This document shows, piece after piece, positions 29,798 to 40,406 of a stretch of 64,000 bases of DNA. Origin of the DNA: Giardia intestinalis (taxonomy: Eukaryota); assembly GCA_000002435.2 (NCBI GenBank), contig CM018793.1; one strand, given 5' to 3'. The notes under the pieces were generated by a model. The model did not search any database, was not told where the DNA came from, and saw only the letters and a program-made list of their open reading frames with translations. Position numbers and translations under genes: made by a program. Each line of letters begins with the position of its first letter. Within the stretch, counting starts at the first letter, position 1.

Positions 29798-31129
29798 CTA
29801 CAGACTCCATAAGTCCCCAATGGAATCAATGCCTGGAACAGATTGAAAGGCCACACCAAGCACATCATCCAGAGTCATTGTTAATTTTCCGGAACCACCG
29901 TCCTTTCCATCTACATGCCCTGGTGCACATGAGCTACTGACAATGTATCGTGCGGCAAAATTTGTGCGACTTGCAACAGCCTGGATAATCTTTAGCACCT
30001 TGCTCCCGTCCTTGGAGTTAGTCTGCGGCCCGGTTTTGACAACCTCGACTCCTGCTTGGACTCCAAAGCCACCAGGACTTTGCTCAGAGGATACCAAAGC
30101 ACTAGCCTCATCCACAGAGCCCTGTGCTTTTATCTCTACTCCATAATCTGGCTGTGCTTGCGCCTTTTGTATACTTATAAGAACGCTCTGTGCAAGGCTT
30201 TGAATAGGAACACTGGGAGTTGCCTTCTGCACATCAAATGCAAAGGTAGCTATGGAGTAAGAGCTGAGTCCTTTTCCTCTGTGTTCCTTTGCCCTAAGTG
30301 TCTTCCTGTCGAGTTCATTGCATGGAGACAGAAACTCTTTCATATTATCGTTTGCAGGAATAGAAAAGACTAGAAGCTTATCATCAGAGCCTTTTATTTC
30401 TTTGAGCGATAGACTTAAGACATCTACATAAGGAATGCTGACATTATAAGACTCGTTAGCAGGAGAAAACCAGATAATTCTATGCGACGTGCGTACAAAG
30501 ACGCCAAGCACATTACTCACTCCTATCGCAGACACTAGTCCTATGTTGCTTATGCTGCTAAGGATTACTTCTCGAGAAAGCAATATAGGTTGTCCATCTC
30601 GAACAATAGAGGAGCGCACACGAACGCGTCTATACATGCGTGTAGTGTCATGCGCTCTATACACTGCTTGTAATATGTTAAAGAAGTTTGAATTTTGTTG
30701 AGTGAATTCTCTAGAGCTCGGTTTCAGCTCAAATTTATAACCCAGCTGATTGAATGTGGCGTGAAGTACCACGGACCTGTTGCCTGTGATGAAGAGTCCA
30801 TTGTCAGGTGGAACGCTCTCTTCCAGACCTGCCACTTTTTGTTGCCTGTCTCTGTGTAGATTGCCAACAGAGATTTTTGTAATTGTGCTGAGGCCGACAC
30901 TAATACTGTGACCGTTGGGGTCTCCACGAGAGTTCCACGCCAGCCGAAGATTGGTGAGTGTGACCGTTCCAAACCTGAGAGAGTCTAGGACCGTTGGGTC
31001 TGCCCTGACATCCTCAACGCCGTCAAAGCGCACGATTGCGTATTCTCCAGGGACTAGCACTAAGGCATCTGCTGGTGCATCAATGAGCAGCAGTTTGTCC
31101 GGCCTATTGTGAGAGAAGATCTCCTTCAT
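29798..31129 (-). CDS. BBS5: Bardet-Biedl syndrome 5 protein (BBSome subunit) orthologue with about 100-aa C-terminal extension
   Basis: BBS5 blocks: RFGTVTLTNLRLAWNS (cf. GRLLVTNLRILWHS), QAVYRAHDTTRMYRRVRVRSSIV (cf. [23 protein letters not shown]), GVFVRTSHRIIWFSPANESYNVSIPYVDV (cf. [29 protein letters not shown]). Confidence 0.8.
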   Translation of the reverse strand: MKEIFSHNRPDKLLLIDAPADALVLVPGEYAIVRFDGVEDVRADPTVLDSLRFGTVTLTNLRLAWNSRGDPNGHSISVGLSTITKISVGNLHRDRQQKVAGLEESVPPDNGLFITGNRSVVLHATFNQLGYKFELKPSSREFTQQNSNFFNILQAVYRAHDTTRMYRRVRVRSSIVRDGQPILLSREVILSSISNIGLVSAIGVSNVLGVFVRTSHRIIWFSPANESYNVSIPYVDVLSLSLKEIKGSDDKLLVFSIPANDNMKEFLSPCNELDRKTLRAKEHRGKGLSSYSIATFAFDVQKATPSVPIQSLAQSVLISIQKAQAQPDYGVEIKAQGSVDEASALVSSEQSPGGFGVQAGVEVVKTGPQTNSKDGSKVLKIIQAVASRTNFAARYIVSSSCAPGHVDGKDGGSGKLTMTLDDVLGVAFQSVPGIDSIGDLWSL

Positions 31130-31153
31130 TTTTTTGATGTATTTGCAAATAAG

Positions 31154-33517
31154 TCATTTGGTCCACGAACGTGTGAGCTCCACGAACCATTGCTTGGTGT
31201 CTGTGCACATGGGCAGGAAGTCTGCAAGCTGTTTGTGCGTCGTCGCCTTGCGGTTCTCCAAAGTAAGAAGAAGGAAGGACAACACCCCAACAATCTTTTC
31301 TTCTACACAATTAGAGATTGTCTCATAGAGTCTAGAGGGAATAGCGTTTGTAACGACGTGTCTAATGTCGTGTATGAGCTCTTTTATAGACGAGAGGATG
31401 CTTATCAAGGGCTCTTTGGTCCTGGGTGCAGCCACCACGCAGCACCCAACTGCATTGCAAATGGCTGGGGTTAAAATCTCGGCAAAGATGCTTGGAAATG
31501 TGGTGGTTTTAAAGGTATCCAGGAAAAGCTCGAATTGGCCGATAATAAGACTTTGTACGCGGCGAAAGTCCTGCTTACCATTGGGGTGAGAATCGAGCAA
31601 GGGATAAACACCGCCCGAACACAACTCTCCTGCCATAGCTCCTGCTAATGTCCGCATAGCCGTATCCGCAGCTGTATTCCATGTCTCCTGAAGGCTCTCT
31701 AACAGTAATTTCTGTCTGGTACACACATTTTCACACTCGGAAGAGGCTGACTGTTGGCCTGAATGTTCTACCTCCTGGATATCAATGGCCCCTTCAGAAA
31801 CAATCGCCAAATGAGACAGTAACATCCCAGGGATATTGCTTTCAAAAGTGCTAATAGACCACAGCACACCGTATACAGTTGCTATGACACGGGGAACAAG
31901 GGGAACAACGAGCAGCTCGCTCGGGTCATATACTGTCATTTGCTTGCATGGAGACCTGTTTAGAAGAGAGTGCTGAAGTGGAAACCCACTAATTTGCGCG
32001 TATCTTTTCTGCAAAATAAGATTGCTATCGGCTGGAAAGCTTAGCTGCTCAAGAAGAGACCCTGCAAGCTCCTTCATGCATTGGACCACCGCCTCTGACA
32101 CATAGAGTCTAGCATTGTTGTCCAAAAACGCTGATGTTTGCTGCAGAAATGCCTTCCATGCTCTGAGGATGGACACTATCTGTGGAGGAGGAAGGCCGTT
32201 GTAGATGTTAAAGCTAGAAAAGTCTACTGCACCCAGAGTGTTCAACGAGTCTAGCCTAACCTTGGAAATGTTGCTATCGAGATCAGACAGAACTAGGGAG
32301 CTAAATAATGGCACAAACAAACCTGATGAGATGGGCTTCTTCAATTCTGGAAACAAACTTGCAAGTCGTTCGTAGTCGGGGCTCTTTCGCAAGTCCAGTT
32401 CAAACGCCACAAATGCAATTGCAGCAGTAGTGAATGCACCATTATCACTTCCAATTGTTACGACTTTGAGAAGTCTGGTCAGGGTTTTCCGCACACTGCT
32501 AAGATAGGTTTCATAGATAGCGATGAGTACAGACGTATCATAGGCTGATTTAGTAGTGGCAGACAGCCCCACAGACATAGCTTCTAGTTCGTCGTACGCC
32601 TGTTGAATCCAGTGTGATACAATCTCCTCTAATTTAGATAGATATGGAATAGAAGCACTGACAAGGTGCTGAAACCTTTGGATAGAGAAGGCAATCTCCT
32701 TGACCCTTTCATTTATCACTTGGTCGGCGGAGGTGCTCGAAGAGAAGATCTGCCCTCGGTCCACTACTATCGCTGCAAGAGACTTGTGTCCCTGCAGCAC
32801 CGTGCCGAGTGCCATGTGTGGCATTGCCTCTGTCCAGAAATCTGCGCTATCATCGATTGGCGATCCCTGTATCGGGGGTAGACGACTCAGGAGCATGCCA
32901 GTATATGATGAGAACTGCTTCATGCAAGTGCCGACAGCAGGAATGGATGCATATGGTTCAATCCGTCTCTCAATAAGCTTAATAAAGGCCAGACGCTGTG
33001 TTGTAGAAGATAGATCAGCCAGGGCACGTTCCAAGTTAGATGGCAATGAGCTAACTCGCGATATATATGCTCTAGTAAGGACCAGAGTGGACGATGCAGA
33101 CATCAGAGTGTCTCTCAGATGAAGTACCTGAATTAGGCGATTACGTATCGCAGCTAAGCGGCTATCTAAATTTGCTGCTTGGCTCACTAGTCCACGTCCT
33201 CGAGTATACATGTCGCTGACTTTGGAGATATCAACTGCGGAAGGCACGGTGACATTCGTAGTCAGCGCAGTCTGAGCGGCCTGCTCCTTGATTGCCTCTA
33301 GCTTATTCTGCAATATCTCCCGCAACTGCGTAGCCGACATGTTTGCGAGCTGAGAGTCGATAAAGGCAAGTGGGGAGAAATCTTTATCAAGAAGCTTTCG
33401 ATCAAGCTCATCCAACCCGGGGAGACGCTGAATCACATCCCTAGAGAGCACAAGATCCATCCCGGCAGGAGTGTGCAAATCTGCAGGCTCGGAACTACTA
33501 CTCTTAGCGACGTCCAT
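31154..33517 (-). CDS. Hypothetical alpha-helical protein (787 aa). N-terminus faintly resembles vesicle-tethering (COG/GARP/exocyst-type) subunits
   Basis: ATG checked at 33515-33517. The N-terminal KDFSPLAFIDSQLANMSATQLREILQNKLEAIKEQAAQ pattern is like CATCHR-family tether N-termini. Similarity is weak and unverified. Confidence 0.5.
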   Translation of the reverse strand: MDVAKSSSSEPADLHTPAGMDLVLSRDVIQRLPGLDELDRKLLDKDFSPLAFIDSQLANMSATQLREILQNKLEAIKEQAAQTALTTNVTVPSAVDISKVSDMYTRGRGLVSQAANLDSRLAAIRNRLIQVLHLRDTLMSASSTLVLTRAYISRVSSLPSNLERALADLSSTTQRLAFIKLIERRIEPYASIPAVGTCMKQFSSYTGMLLSRLPPIQGSPIDDSADFWTEAMPHMALGTVLQGHKSLAAIVVDRGQIFSSSTSADQVINERVKEIAFSIQRFQHLVSASIPYLSKLEEIVSHWIQQAYDELEAMSVGLSATTKSAYDTSVLIAIYETYLSSVRKTLTRLLKVVTIGSDNGAFTTAAIAFVAFELDLRKSPDYERLASLFPELKKPISSGLFVPLFSSLVLSDLDSNISKVRLDSLNTLGAVDFSSFNIYNGLPPPQIVSILRAWKAFLQQTSAFLDNNARLYVSEAVVQCMKELAGSLLEQLSFPADSNLILQKRYAQISGFPLQHSLLNRSPCKQMTVYDPSELLVVPLVPRVIATVYGVLWSISTFESNIPGMLLSHLAIVSEGAIDIQEVEHSGQQSASSECENVCTRQKLLLESLQETWNTAADTAMRTLAGAMAGELCSGGVYPLLDSHPNGKQDFRRVQSLIIGQFELFLDTFKTTTFPSIFAEILTPAICNAVGCCVVAAPRTKEPLISILSSIKELIHDIRHVVTNAIPSRLYETISNCVEEKIVGVLSFLLLTLENRKATTHKQLADFLPMCTDTKQWFVELTRSWTK

Positions 33518-33823
33518 GACTCCTACGACTCAGTTCTTTAAATATAAAGCTGCGAAGCCGCAGATTCGCAGATTTGTAGTGTTTACTAGAAATAGTTTTG
33601 AGTCGAGTGGGTTGCTTGATGTAAACCACCTCTTAGGCCTACCTCGCGCTCTGAATTGGGTGCGCTCCTCGACGTTCACTGCTCATCGTTCCATTTCTCA
33701 AGACGACGCTGCGCAGCGCGGCGAGGGCTCAGACATAAGGGGCAAAACATAGAATTACTGGAGTCTGTATTAAGCAATTTACTCAGCAGGAACTACTCTT
33801 TTCCTATAAGTGTGCGGTTTGCC

Positions 33824-36349
33824 TCAGTTGGGTTTTCGCAGCCCAAGCGCAACCCCCAGTCGTAAATTAGAAAGATCCTCTGCATCTGCTGTCTTAATAG
33901 GGTCTTTTGATAAGTCTGGCCGATGATTCGCTGGCCCCACCTGGAGCCCAGTCATGCCATTGGACTGAGGCTTAAGATAGTTGATAGGAGGCGAGCAACT
34001 ACTAGACAATCGCAGCTCTGGAAGCCATGTCATGAGCATCGAACACGAAGTGTCCACGCCTCTGCTTTGCTCTATAACCGATAACTCTTTGAGGAGGGCT
34101 TCCCACATGCCAGAGAAGCGCAGCTCCAATTCTCTACAATCCTGCAGAACGTAGGTAAAGAGCCTACCGTTCCTTGCAAAGGACGCGGAAAGCTTGCAAA
34201 ACAGCGATATGATGTAACATGTTCTTAAGCAAAGACAGAGCATGTCGTTGACAAGAGCTTTTATCGAACGAGTAATAGTCCCACGGGCGTGAGCTTCCTT
34301 CAATAGCATTGCCAGATTACCAGAGGTGAACCCACCTAGCAAGCCTCCAGCACGAAGAGGCTCTAAGCATACACCATGAAAGTAAGTATTGTGACTGATA
34401 ACAAATCGAGCCATCAGGTTGAGAACTCTGGTGATGCCCGGGAAAAGAGGAGACATACAGGTTCTTCGGGGATTCGTGCTCCGCATCGCTAGGAAACTTT
34501 CTCTTTGAGCTTGCTCCTCGAGATCTTCAGCTGCTAATTCTGAACCGTCCTCATGAGGAGTGTGCATGCGATATCTTTTAAGCTCTTGCTTTCCTAACTG
34601 TTTCTCCAATCTTGCCATCATATTAAATGCACAGTTTAGTGATGTGTTGGTGAACTGCGACAACCTGCACATGTATGACAGATCTGCAACGCGTGTTTGA
34701 GAGCGTTCTCCGAGGAAGTACTCTATACGCTCCGCTGAAAAGGCTTCTTCAGTGACATGGAAATGTACTGCACCGAAGGCTAAAAGCATAAGAGAGTCCG
34801 AAGGCTCAAGCAAAACATAATCTCCTCGAAGCAACTCGTTATTCTGAGCAGCAAGCGTGACCCGTTTATGGATCCTCCTAAACTTTTTTCTAAAGAAGTG
34901 CTCAAGTAGAACAGGGCTAAAGGAGCTACCACTTTCAGAGCAATGCTTAGACAAACCTCGATGCATAATAGTGTGCATATGAGATATAAACTCCAAGGGA
35001 ACCCGTATCTTAAACCATGACTCAGTGAGCAAATTGTCGCCTATGGCGCCGTGAAGTTGGCCTCCTTTGGAGAGTGTGTTAGTTAGTGCTGAATGGGATG
35101 ATAGCTCAATTGTCTCCATGGTGTACTCCGCCAACCGTGTAGTAGCGTGAATAAAGTTACTGGTGGCCTCAGACTGAAGGAAAAGAAGGCTCAATCGCGA
35201 ACATATTCGCTCCCTTTCGGCAGCAAGTGAGTCACTGAGCCGTCTGTTAATAACCACAAGGAGATTGCGTACGCGTTCAACGTCTGCTAAGGGCCACACA
35301 GAGTCTTTGAAAAGCGTCGGAAGCACTTCGTTTTGAAAAGTGGTTATTGTGCTCGACACCTCGTAGAGCAGAGGTAATAACTCTGATGGCTCCAGATGAT
35401 CTGGAGCATTCCAGGAGGCAAAGATACCTGTCATACCTGTCACCTCTTCTGCACTAAAGGAGGATACAGGGTCTGAACCTGTCTCAGGAGTAAGTCCATC
35501 GTTGAGCGAGTCCTCTTCTAGGTGCACAGAACTACTAACGCTCTCCTCAGACAGACTTGTGTTGTCAGAATGGAGGGACATTTGTTTGTGCGGCCGGTGA
35601 TATCTACGTCTTAGAAGCATAGACAGCAAGTCCGTGTAGCAAAGAAGCGGTATGTTAATGTTAACAAGAAAGGCAGGCAGTGAAGACTTAGAGACCGAGA
35701 CTAAATCTGTTGTTGCTGTCGCAGATGTTTCAAGAAGGCAATTCCCAATCAGTACACTGTCAGTAGGAGGAGTAAGATACCCTCCATACGAAAGCTCGCT
35801 TAGCATGCTACCGACAAACACCTGCCTGCATCTCATGACCAGCCTGGCTAAAAACACAGAGGACTCAGACAAAGAAATGCAACGTTGAAGTGCATCTAAC
35901 AAGGCAGCTGATTGACTGATTTGTCTATTTGCGGGGCTAGATCTCACCCAATCCAACTCTTTAAACACTGGCTCCAGTTTCAGAATATCAGAGCTTGCTA
36001 AAGTAACAATCGCTCGGAGAAGCACTGCTATAGACAAGTCGCTGTGTGGGGAAGAAGAATTTAACGACCGAGCAGGTGACCAACAGATCGAGGCGAGAAC
36101 CGACCGCAGTCTATTCAATTCATCGAGAATAGTGTCAATAAAAGCCAGAACAGTGGGTCCGAAGGGTATCGGTATCAAAAAACGGGACTTGTACGCCACG
36201 TAAGCTCCTGCTAGACGGGCTGCGTCTGCTGCTTGTATGGCCTGCTCGATATCTGCCATTATGGCGACAGAAGCTTCATATCTTCGTAATAGTGCACTGT
36301 GCTTTGCGATGTCGATAGAAAGCCCTAGCACAGAATAGAAGCCTTCCAT
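33824..36349 (-). CDS. Hypothetical protein (841 aa)
   Basis: ORF-track start 36388 is TTG. The first ATG is 36347-36349, with AT-rich CTTTAAAATTTCTTAATGCA just 5' of it. Confidence 0.5.
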   Translation of the reverse strand: MEGFYSVLGLSIDIAKHSALLRRYEASVAIMADIEQAIQAADAARLAGAYVAYKSRFLIPIPFGPTVLAFIDTILDELNRLRSVLASICWSPARSLNSSSPHSDLSIAVLLRAIVTLASSDILKLEPVFKELDWVRSSPANRQISQSAALLDALQRCISLSESSVFLARLVMRCRQVFVGSMLSELSYGGYLTPPTDSVLIGNCLLETSATATTDLVSVSKSSLPAFLVNINIPLLCYTDLLSMLLRRRYHRPHKQMSLHSDNTSLSEESVSSSVHLEEDSLNDGLTPETGSDPVSSFSAEEVTGMTGIFASWNAPDHLEPSELLPLLYEVSSTITTFQNEVLPTLFKDSVWPLADVERVRNLLVVINRRLSDSLAAERERICSRLSLLFLQSEATSNFIHATTRLAEYTMETIELSSHSALTNTLSKGGQLHGAIGDNLLTESWFKIRVPLEFISHMHTIMHRGLSKHCSESGSSFSPVLLEHFFRKKFRRIHKRVTLAAQNNELLRGDYVLLEPSDSLMLLAFGAVHFHVTEEAFSAERIEYFLGERSQTRVADLSYMCRLSQFTNTSLNCAFNMMARLEKQLGKQELKRYRMHTPHEDGSELAAEDLEEQAQRESFLAMRSTNPRRTCMSPLFPGITRVLNLMARFVISHNTYFHGVCLEPLRAGGLLGGFTSGNLAMLLKEAHARGTITRSIKALVNDMLCLCLRTCYIISLFCKLSASFARNGRLFTYVLQDCRELELRFSGMWEALLKELSVIEQSRGVDTSCSMLMTWLPELRLSSSCSPPINYLKPQSNGMTGLQVGPANHRPDLSKDPIKTADAEDLSNLRLGVALGLRKPN

Positions 36350-36783
36350 TGCATTAAGAAATTTTAAAGCCAGTGATCTTTGCTTCAACAGAGATCTTCA
36401 GCAGATTTGAGCTCAGCCATACAATTCTTCAACTCTCCATATGAATACCGATGACAGTACTGGTCGATAGGGAGGTGTAATGACAACTAGCAACCTATCG
36501 AACGTCACTTGTGTCCTCCTTCCTGGCAAGTCCAAAGCTTAGTCATATGCAATTACGCTAACCAGAACAGAACCTTTGTGGTCTTAAACAGAGCAGTCCA
36601 TGCTCAACACAGGAAAAGCTGTTAACGGCTTGCCGTATCTTACAAAAAGCTCTGCGGAAAAGCCCTGCACTTACTGATTCTCACGGGAAAACCAATCATA
36701 ATCTTTCTCCTGCATCGATAAAGTTTCACAAAAACATCTTAGCTTGATATAATTTACACCTATATTTTTCAATCAGCAGCACA

Positions 36784-37968
36784 TCATCGTTTAAGTTTGG
36801 GAAGAATAAGTACTTCACTGGCAAGAGCCTGCCTAGGAATTGAGGGCTCTGCTTTCCCATAATACTTTACGTGTCCGGCTAAGCAGGGAAGATTGATTAG
36901 TGCTTGCTGTGCAACCCTTTGCCGTAGTTGAGAGAGATAGTCGATATGGTTCCCAGGAACTTGTGCGGGCGGGACGGTTTTTATATGCCCGCAATAACGA
37001 ACCCTCTGCTGCAAAATCTTCAGCACAGGAGGCAGGTTTAGAATGTTCGATTCTTTGTCCTTAGGACGAGCACACTTAGAATTCAGCAGGCTTGAAGTGA
37101 CAGGATTGCGTGCCATGCCTGGAGGTAACTTTTTCCGCAAGGCTTTAGATATGACAGGAAGACAGCACGCTGGAGCTTGTAAGGAGGTCTCAGGCTGTGC
37201 TAATAAATTATCATATGATAAAGAAAAATCATGCGAATGCCGTACTGTATGCTCCAATTCTGATACATGCAGAGAACCTATGTCAGTTCCGGTTAAATCT
37301 ACCGAGGTAGGAATGATCCGCGGAGCGTTGTGAGATACAGATGGGTTCGAATGAATGGAAATGTTAGGCAGTGACACATCACCTGAAGACATAGAAGGCT
37401 CTTGAGGCGGAGAGAAAACAGAAGAGTGCACGCTATCTAAATCCTTGAGTTGAAGGTACTTCATTTGAAGAAACGGGGAGGGTATGTTATCGTCTGATGT
37501 GTTCTTATCTGCGCTGGACTTCGGATCATATTGGATGACGGATCCTGTCACAGAGAGTATGCCAATGGAATCGTTACTGCATTCCGATGCCCAGATATTT
37601 TCACCGTCTAAAGACGATCCTAATATGCTGACATTTCCTGTGTTGAGAAATCCGTCTGAAAAGTCTGTATAATTTTGGTTGCGGTCATTGTCCCACGACA
37701 CACCCTGGTTTAAACTTTCATCTATGCACGTTTCTACTTCCCCAACTGGATTCATATTATCATTATTTATATTGAAGGGGGTCTGATGGGAGTTCAAAAG
37801 CTTTCCTGTTTGCGGTAAAATGGGATCCTTTTGAACGTAAGCTGGTCTGTACCCTCCGTTCAGCCGCTCTAGCTGCCGCATAGCCATCTGTGTGCAGTGG
37901 TATTCGTGCTTAGGGGGGAGAAACCGGTCTGGGTGGGCGACTCCTTCGAGAAGGAACGATGGTTCCAT
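36784..37968 (-). CDS. Hypothetical Ser/Asn-rich, largely disordered protein (394 aa)
   Basis: Complete ATG..stop ORF. Only a 27-bp spacer separates it from the upstream gene. Confidence 0.45.
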   Translation of the reverse strand: MEPSFLLEGVAHPDRFLPPKHEYHCTQMAMRQLERLNGGYRPAYVQKDPILPQTGKLLNSHQTPFNINNDNMNPVGEVETCIDESLNQGVSWDNDRNQNYTDFSDGFLNTGNVSILGSSLDGENIWASECSNDSIGILSVTGSVIQYDPKSSADKNTSDDNIPSPFLQMKYLQLKDLDSVHSSVFSPPQEPSMSSGDVSLPNISIHSNPSVSHNAPRIIPTSVDLTGTDIGSLHVSELEHTVRHSHDFSLSYDNLLAQPETSLQAPACCLPVISKALRKKLPPGMARNPVTSSLLNSKCARPKDKESNILNLPPVLKILQQRVRYCGHIKTVPPAQVPGNHIDYLSQLRQRVAQQALINLPCLAGHVKYYGKAEPSIPRQALASEVLILPKLKR

Positions 37969-37995
37969 TTTTATGATTCAAGGATTGAACATACT

Positions 37996-40242
37996 TTACT
38001 TTATCAGGGCTGTGTTGGTCTCGGCTGGCTGCGTACCAAAGCCAGGGTCAGCCGTTGCATCGCGCACAATATTGATTGCCAAACCGACGGATTCCTGGTC
38101 CTGCTTCAGCCTTGAAATAAGGACGCGCCTATCTATTTCCGGTAGCAGAAAACTAGCCATGAGATCCCGTATGCACTTCTCAGGGTTCTTCATATACTGC
38201 TTACTGTTTTCGTAGTCTAAAGCAACAAGTGCCTCTACTTGGCGGATGGCCAGCTCCTTTGACCTAACTGCCGCATCAGCATCTATTGCTCGTCGACTGA
38301 TCCTCGTGAGAAGGCCATCAGCAATATCTCTGTGGGCCTCCATTATTTGCATCTGTGCAAAGTTACTCTTTGTGCGCTCAAAGTTGACGTTTTCTCGCCG
38401 AATAGACTCCTCTTTCTCGCGGCGATAGCGCTCACGAGTGGCCACCTCGAGGATAGCTCGCGCTCTGTTTATTTGTTCCTTTCGAGTTCTTTCTTTCGCC
38501 AGGGCGTCTAGGGTTGTCCCTATGATGCCTGTCACCGCTGACGAAATTGATCCTGTTGCCAGCGCAGACTTTAGAGCCGTGATGCGGTCTTGCGTAGCGT
38601 CTGATAGAAGCTCATCTTCATTGCGGGCCGCTACTAGCTCGTGTGCAAGACGAAGCTCGCGGACAAGCCCGAGCCTCCTTTCTTTGCCATTATAAAGCCG
38701 TACCTGAGCGGCTGCACCTCGAATAAGGTTCTGAATGAAAAGAGCTGCATCCGCTAGGCGGATATTATCTATAGTTGGTGGATCCTGGAAGTGCAGAGCC
38801 TGAGTTTGCTTTCCAATATCGCGAGCGGCCTGTTGGGCAGTATCACCTTCCTGTGGCTGTGCAGAGGACGCGGGACCACTGGTTGACATAGCTGCAGTTG
38901 CCGCATTTGATTCTGCTGCTTGATGAGCCTCGGCTCCGTCATCTCCTGGCTGGCCCTGACCTTCCTTGATATCCTCTTTGGTACCTCCCCTGCCCATAAG
39001 ATATTGACCCACTTCAACACCGGTTCGTGCAAAGCGACGCTGTGTATGGTTAAGGTACATCTCAAATTCACCCTTAGTCATTCCAGGAGGTGGAAGAAGC
39101 TGTGGGATGGGGTCGTCGGATGTCACAGCCCGAGATTTCTTGGCTCCACGCTGCCTACGGGTGTAGCCCTCTCCGTTATATAACCTGGCCGATTGGGCAG
39201 ACCGAGTATGGTTCAGGGGTGCACCCAGGATCAATCTGTTCTCCTCCGGCATAAATTGGAGTATCTCATCAAAGCTTTCTTGAGTACGTAAGTCTGTCCC
39301 AGCTAACTTGATAACTCCTGTGTATCGATACGGGGCTTCCCCTGGCTTTAGAAACGGAGCATTAAGAATGTTAGCAGAGTGTATGGTTCCGTTGACAACT
39401 GTAGACGTCGAAATAGTTTCAGGCAAAGCTAAGCGTGGGCCTCTTTTAGCCGTATCTATAACAGACCGATTGCTAAAATTATGGGACTCCATGCGCCGGA
39501 CCATGCGCTGAATAGTCGCATCCCTGCTATGTGCCTGCTTCTTTAGAGTCATCAATCTTTGTGAACTTAATTTATCAAGTTGTGCAGACGCCTTCATCTC
39601 GTGCGTAGTTCTCATTCTCTCTAGTTTGTGGATCCTGATCTCTGTGCGCGCTTCTTCGCGCTCCATCAATTTCTGAATGAGGAGCTCGAGTCTCAGGTCC
39701 TGTACCTTTTTCATCTCTGCCTCTTTGCGCTTCCACTCAGCCAGATCACGCTCGACAAGCATGGATATCCGCTTCTGCTCGTTCTGCAACTCCTCATATG
39801 TATATGTGGCACGTGTTGGGTCTAAGGGCGCTGGAATGGCTGCATCAAAGTCCTGTAGACGCTTGATCCGCTCTATAACCTTCATGGTTTCTTCATGTGC
39901 AGGAAGTAGTCCATTTGCAACCGTGAGCTCCAGCAGGCTCTTCACCTCTTGATTTGATGTCCCGCACGCGTCTTCTTCGAGAGGAGCTGTCCAAGGATCT
40001 GTTTGTATCTCGATTTCACGGAAATCAGTTTGAATGGCAACAGAGATGCCAATAACCTCTGCCCTTTGCTTTACTGTGCGGTGTACATCTGGGGGAGCAC
40101 GTGGCAAATCGGTGCCTGTAAATGCAATCCCCCTGGACGAGACCTGCTCAACACGCGGTATCATTGGGCGACGATAATAGGCGTTACTACTGACCGTCTG
40201 GACTTGGGTTATTGGGCCAGATTCATCTTGAAATGACCACAT
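37996..40242 (-). CDS. CFAP91: CFAP91 (MAATS1)-like axonemal protein with IQ motif and coiled coils
   Basis: Blocks resembling CFAP91: IQTDFREIEIQTDPWTAP (cf. TQTDYRDADVQTDPYSAEY), EWKRKEAEMKKVQDLRLELLIQKLMEREE, IQ-like ALFIQNLIRGAAAQVRLYNGKERRLGLVRELR. The comparison is to the human sequence as I remember it. Confidence 0.55.
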   Translation of the reverse strand: MWSFQDESGPITQVQTVSSNAYYRRPMIPRVEQVSSRGIAFTGTDLPRAPPDVHRTVKQRAEVIGISVAIQTDFREIEIQTDPWTAPLEEDACGTSNQEVKSLLELTVANGLLPAHEETMKVIERIKRLQDFDAAIPAPLDPTRATYTYEELQNEQKRISMLVERDLAEWKRKEAEMKKVQDLRLELLIQKLMEREEARTEIRIHKLERMRTTHEMKASAQLDKLSSQRLMTLKKQAHSRDATIQRMVRRMESHNFSNRSVIDTAKRGPRLALPETISTSTVVNGTIHSANILNAPFLKPGEAPYRYTGVIKLAGTDLRTQESFDEILQFMPEENRLILGAPLNHTRSAQSARLYNGEGYTRRQRGAKKSRAVTSDDPIPQLLPPPGMTKGEFEMYLNHTQRRFARTGVEVGQYLMGRGGTKEDIKEGQGQPGDDGAEAHQAAESNAATAAMSTSGPASSAQPQEGDTAQQAARDIGKQTQALHFQDPPTIDNIRLADAALFIQNLIRGAAAQVRLYNGKERRLGLVRELRLAHELVAARNEDELLSDATQDRITALKSALATGSISSAVTGIIGTTLDALAKERTRKEQINRARAILEVATRERYRREKEESIRRENVNFERTKSNFAQMQIMEAHRDIADGLLTRISRRAIDADAAVRSKELAIRQVEALVALDYENSKQYMKNPEKCIRDLMASFLLPEIDRRVLISRLKQDQESVGLAINIVRDATADPGFGTQPAETNTALIK

Positions 40243-40406
40243 TAACTCTCTAAATTTAGTTTTTGCTTACCGCTTTGTACTTGTTTTGCTGTGACCATTT
40301 ACCAGGTTGAATAATGCTGTAGTGACCCTAGTTGTCTTTGCATAATTCTGAAAAAAGGAGACTCTGAATACTCAAAGGCCAAGTACACGTGTCTTCACGA
40401 ACAAAA

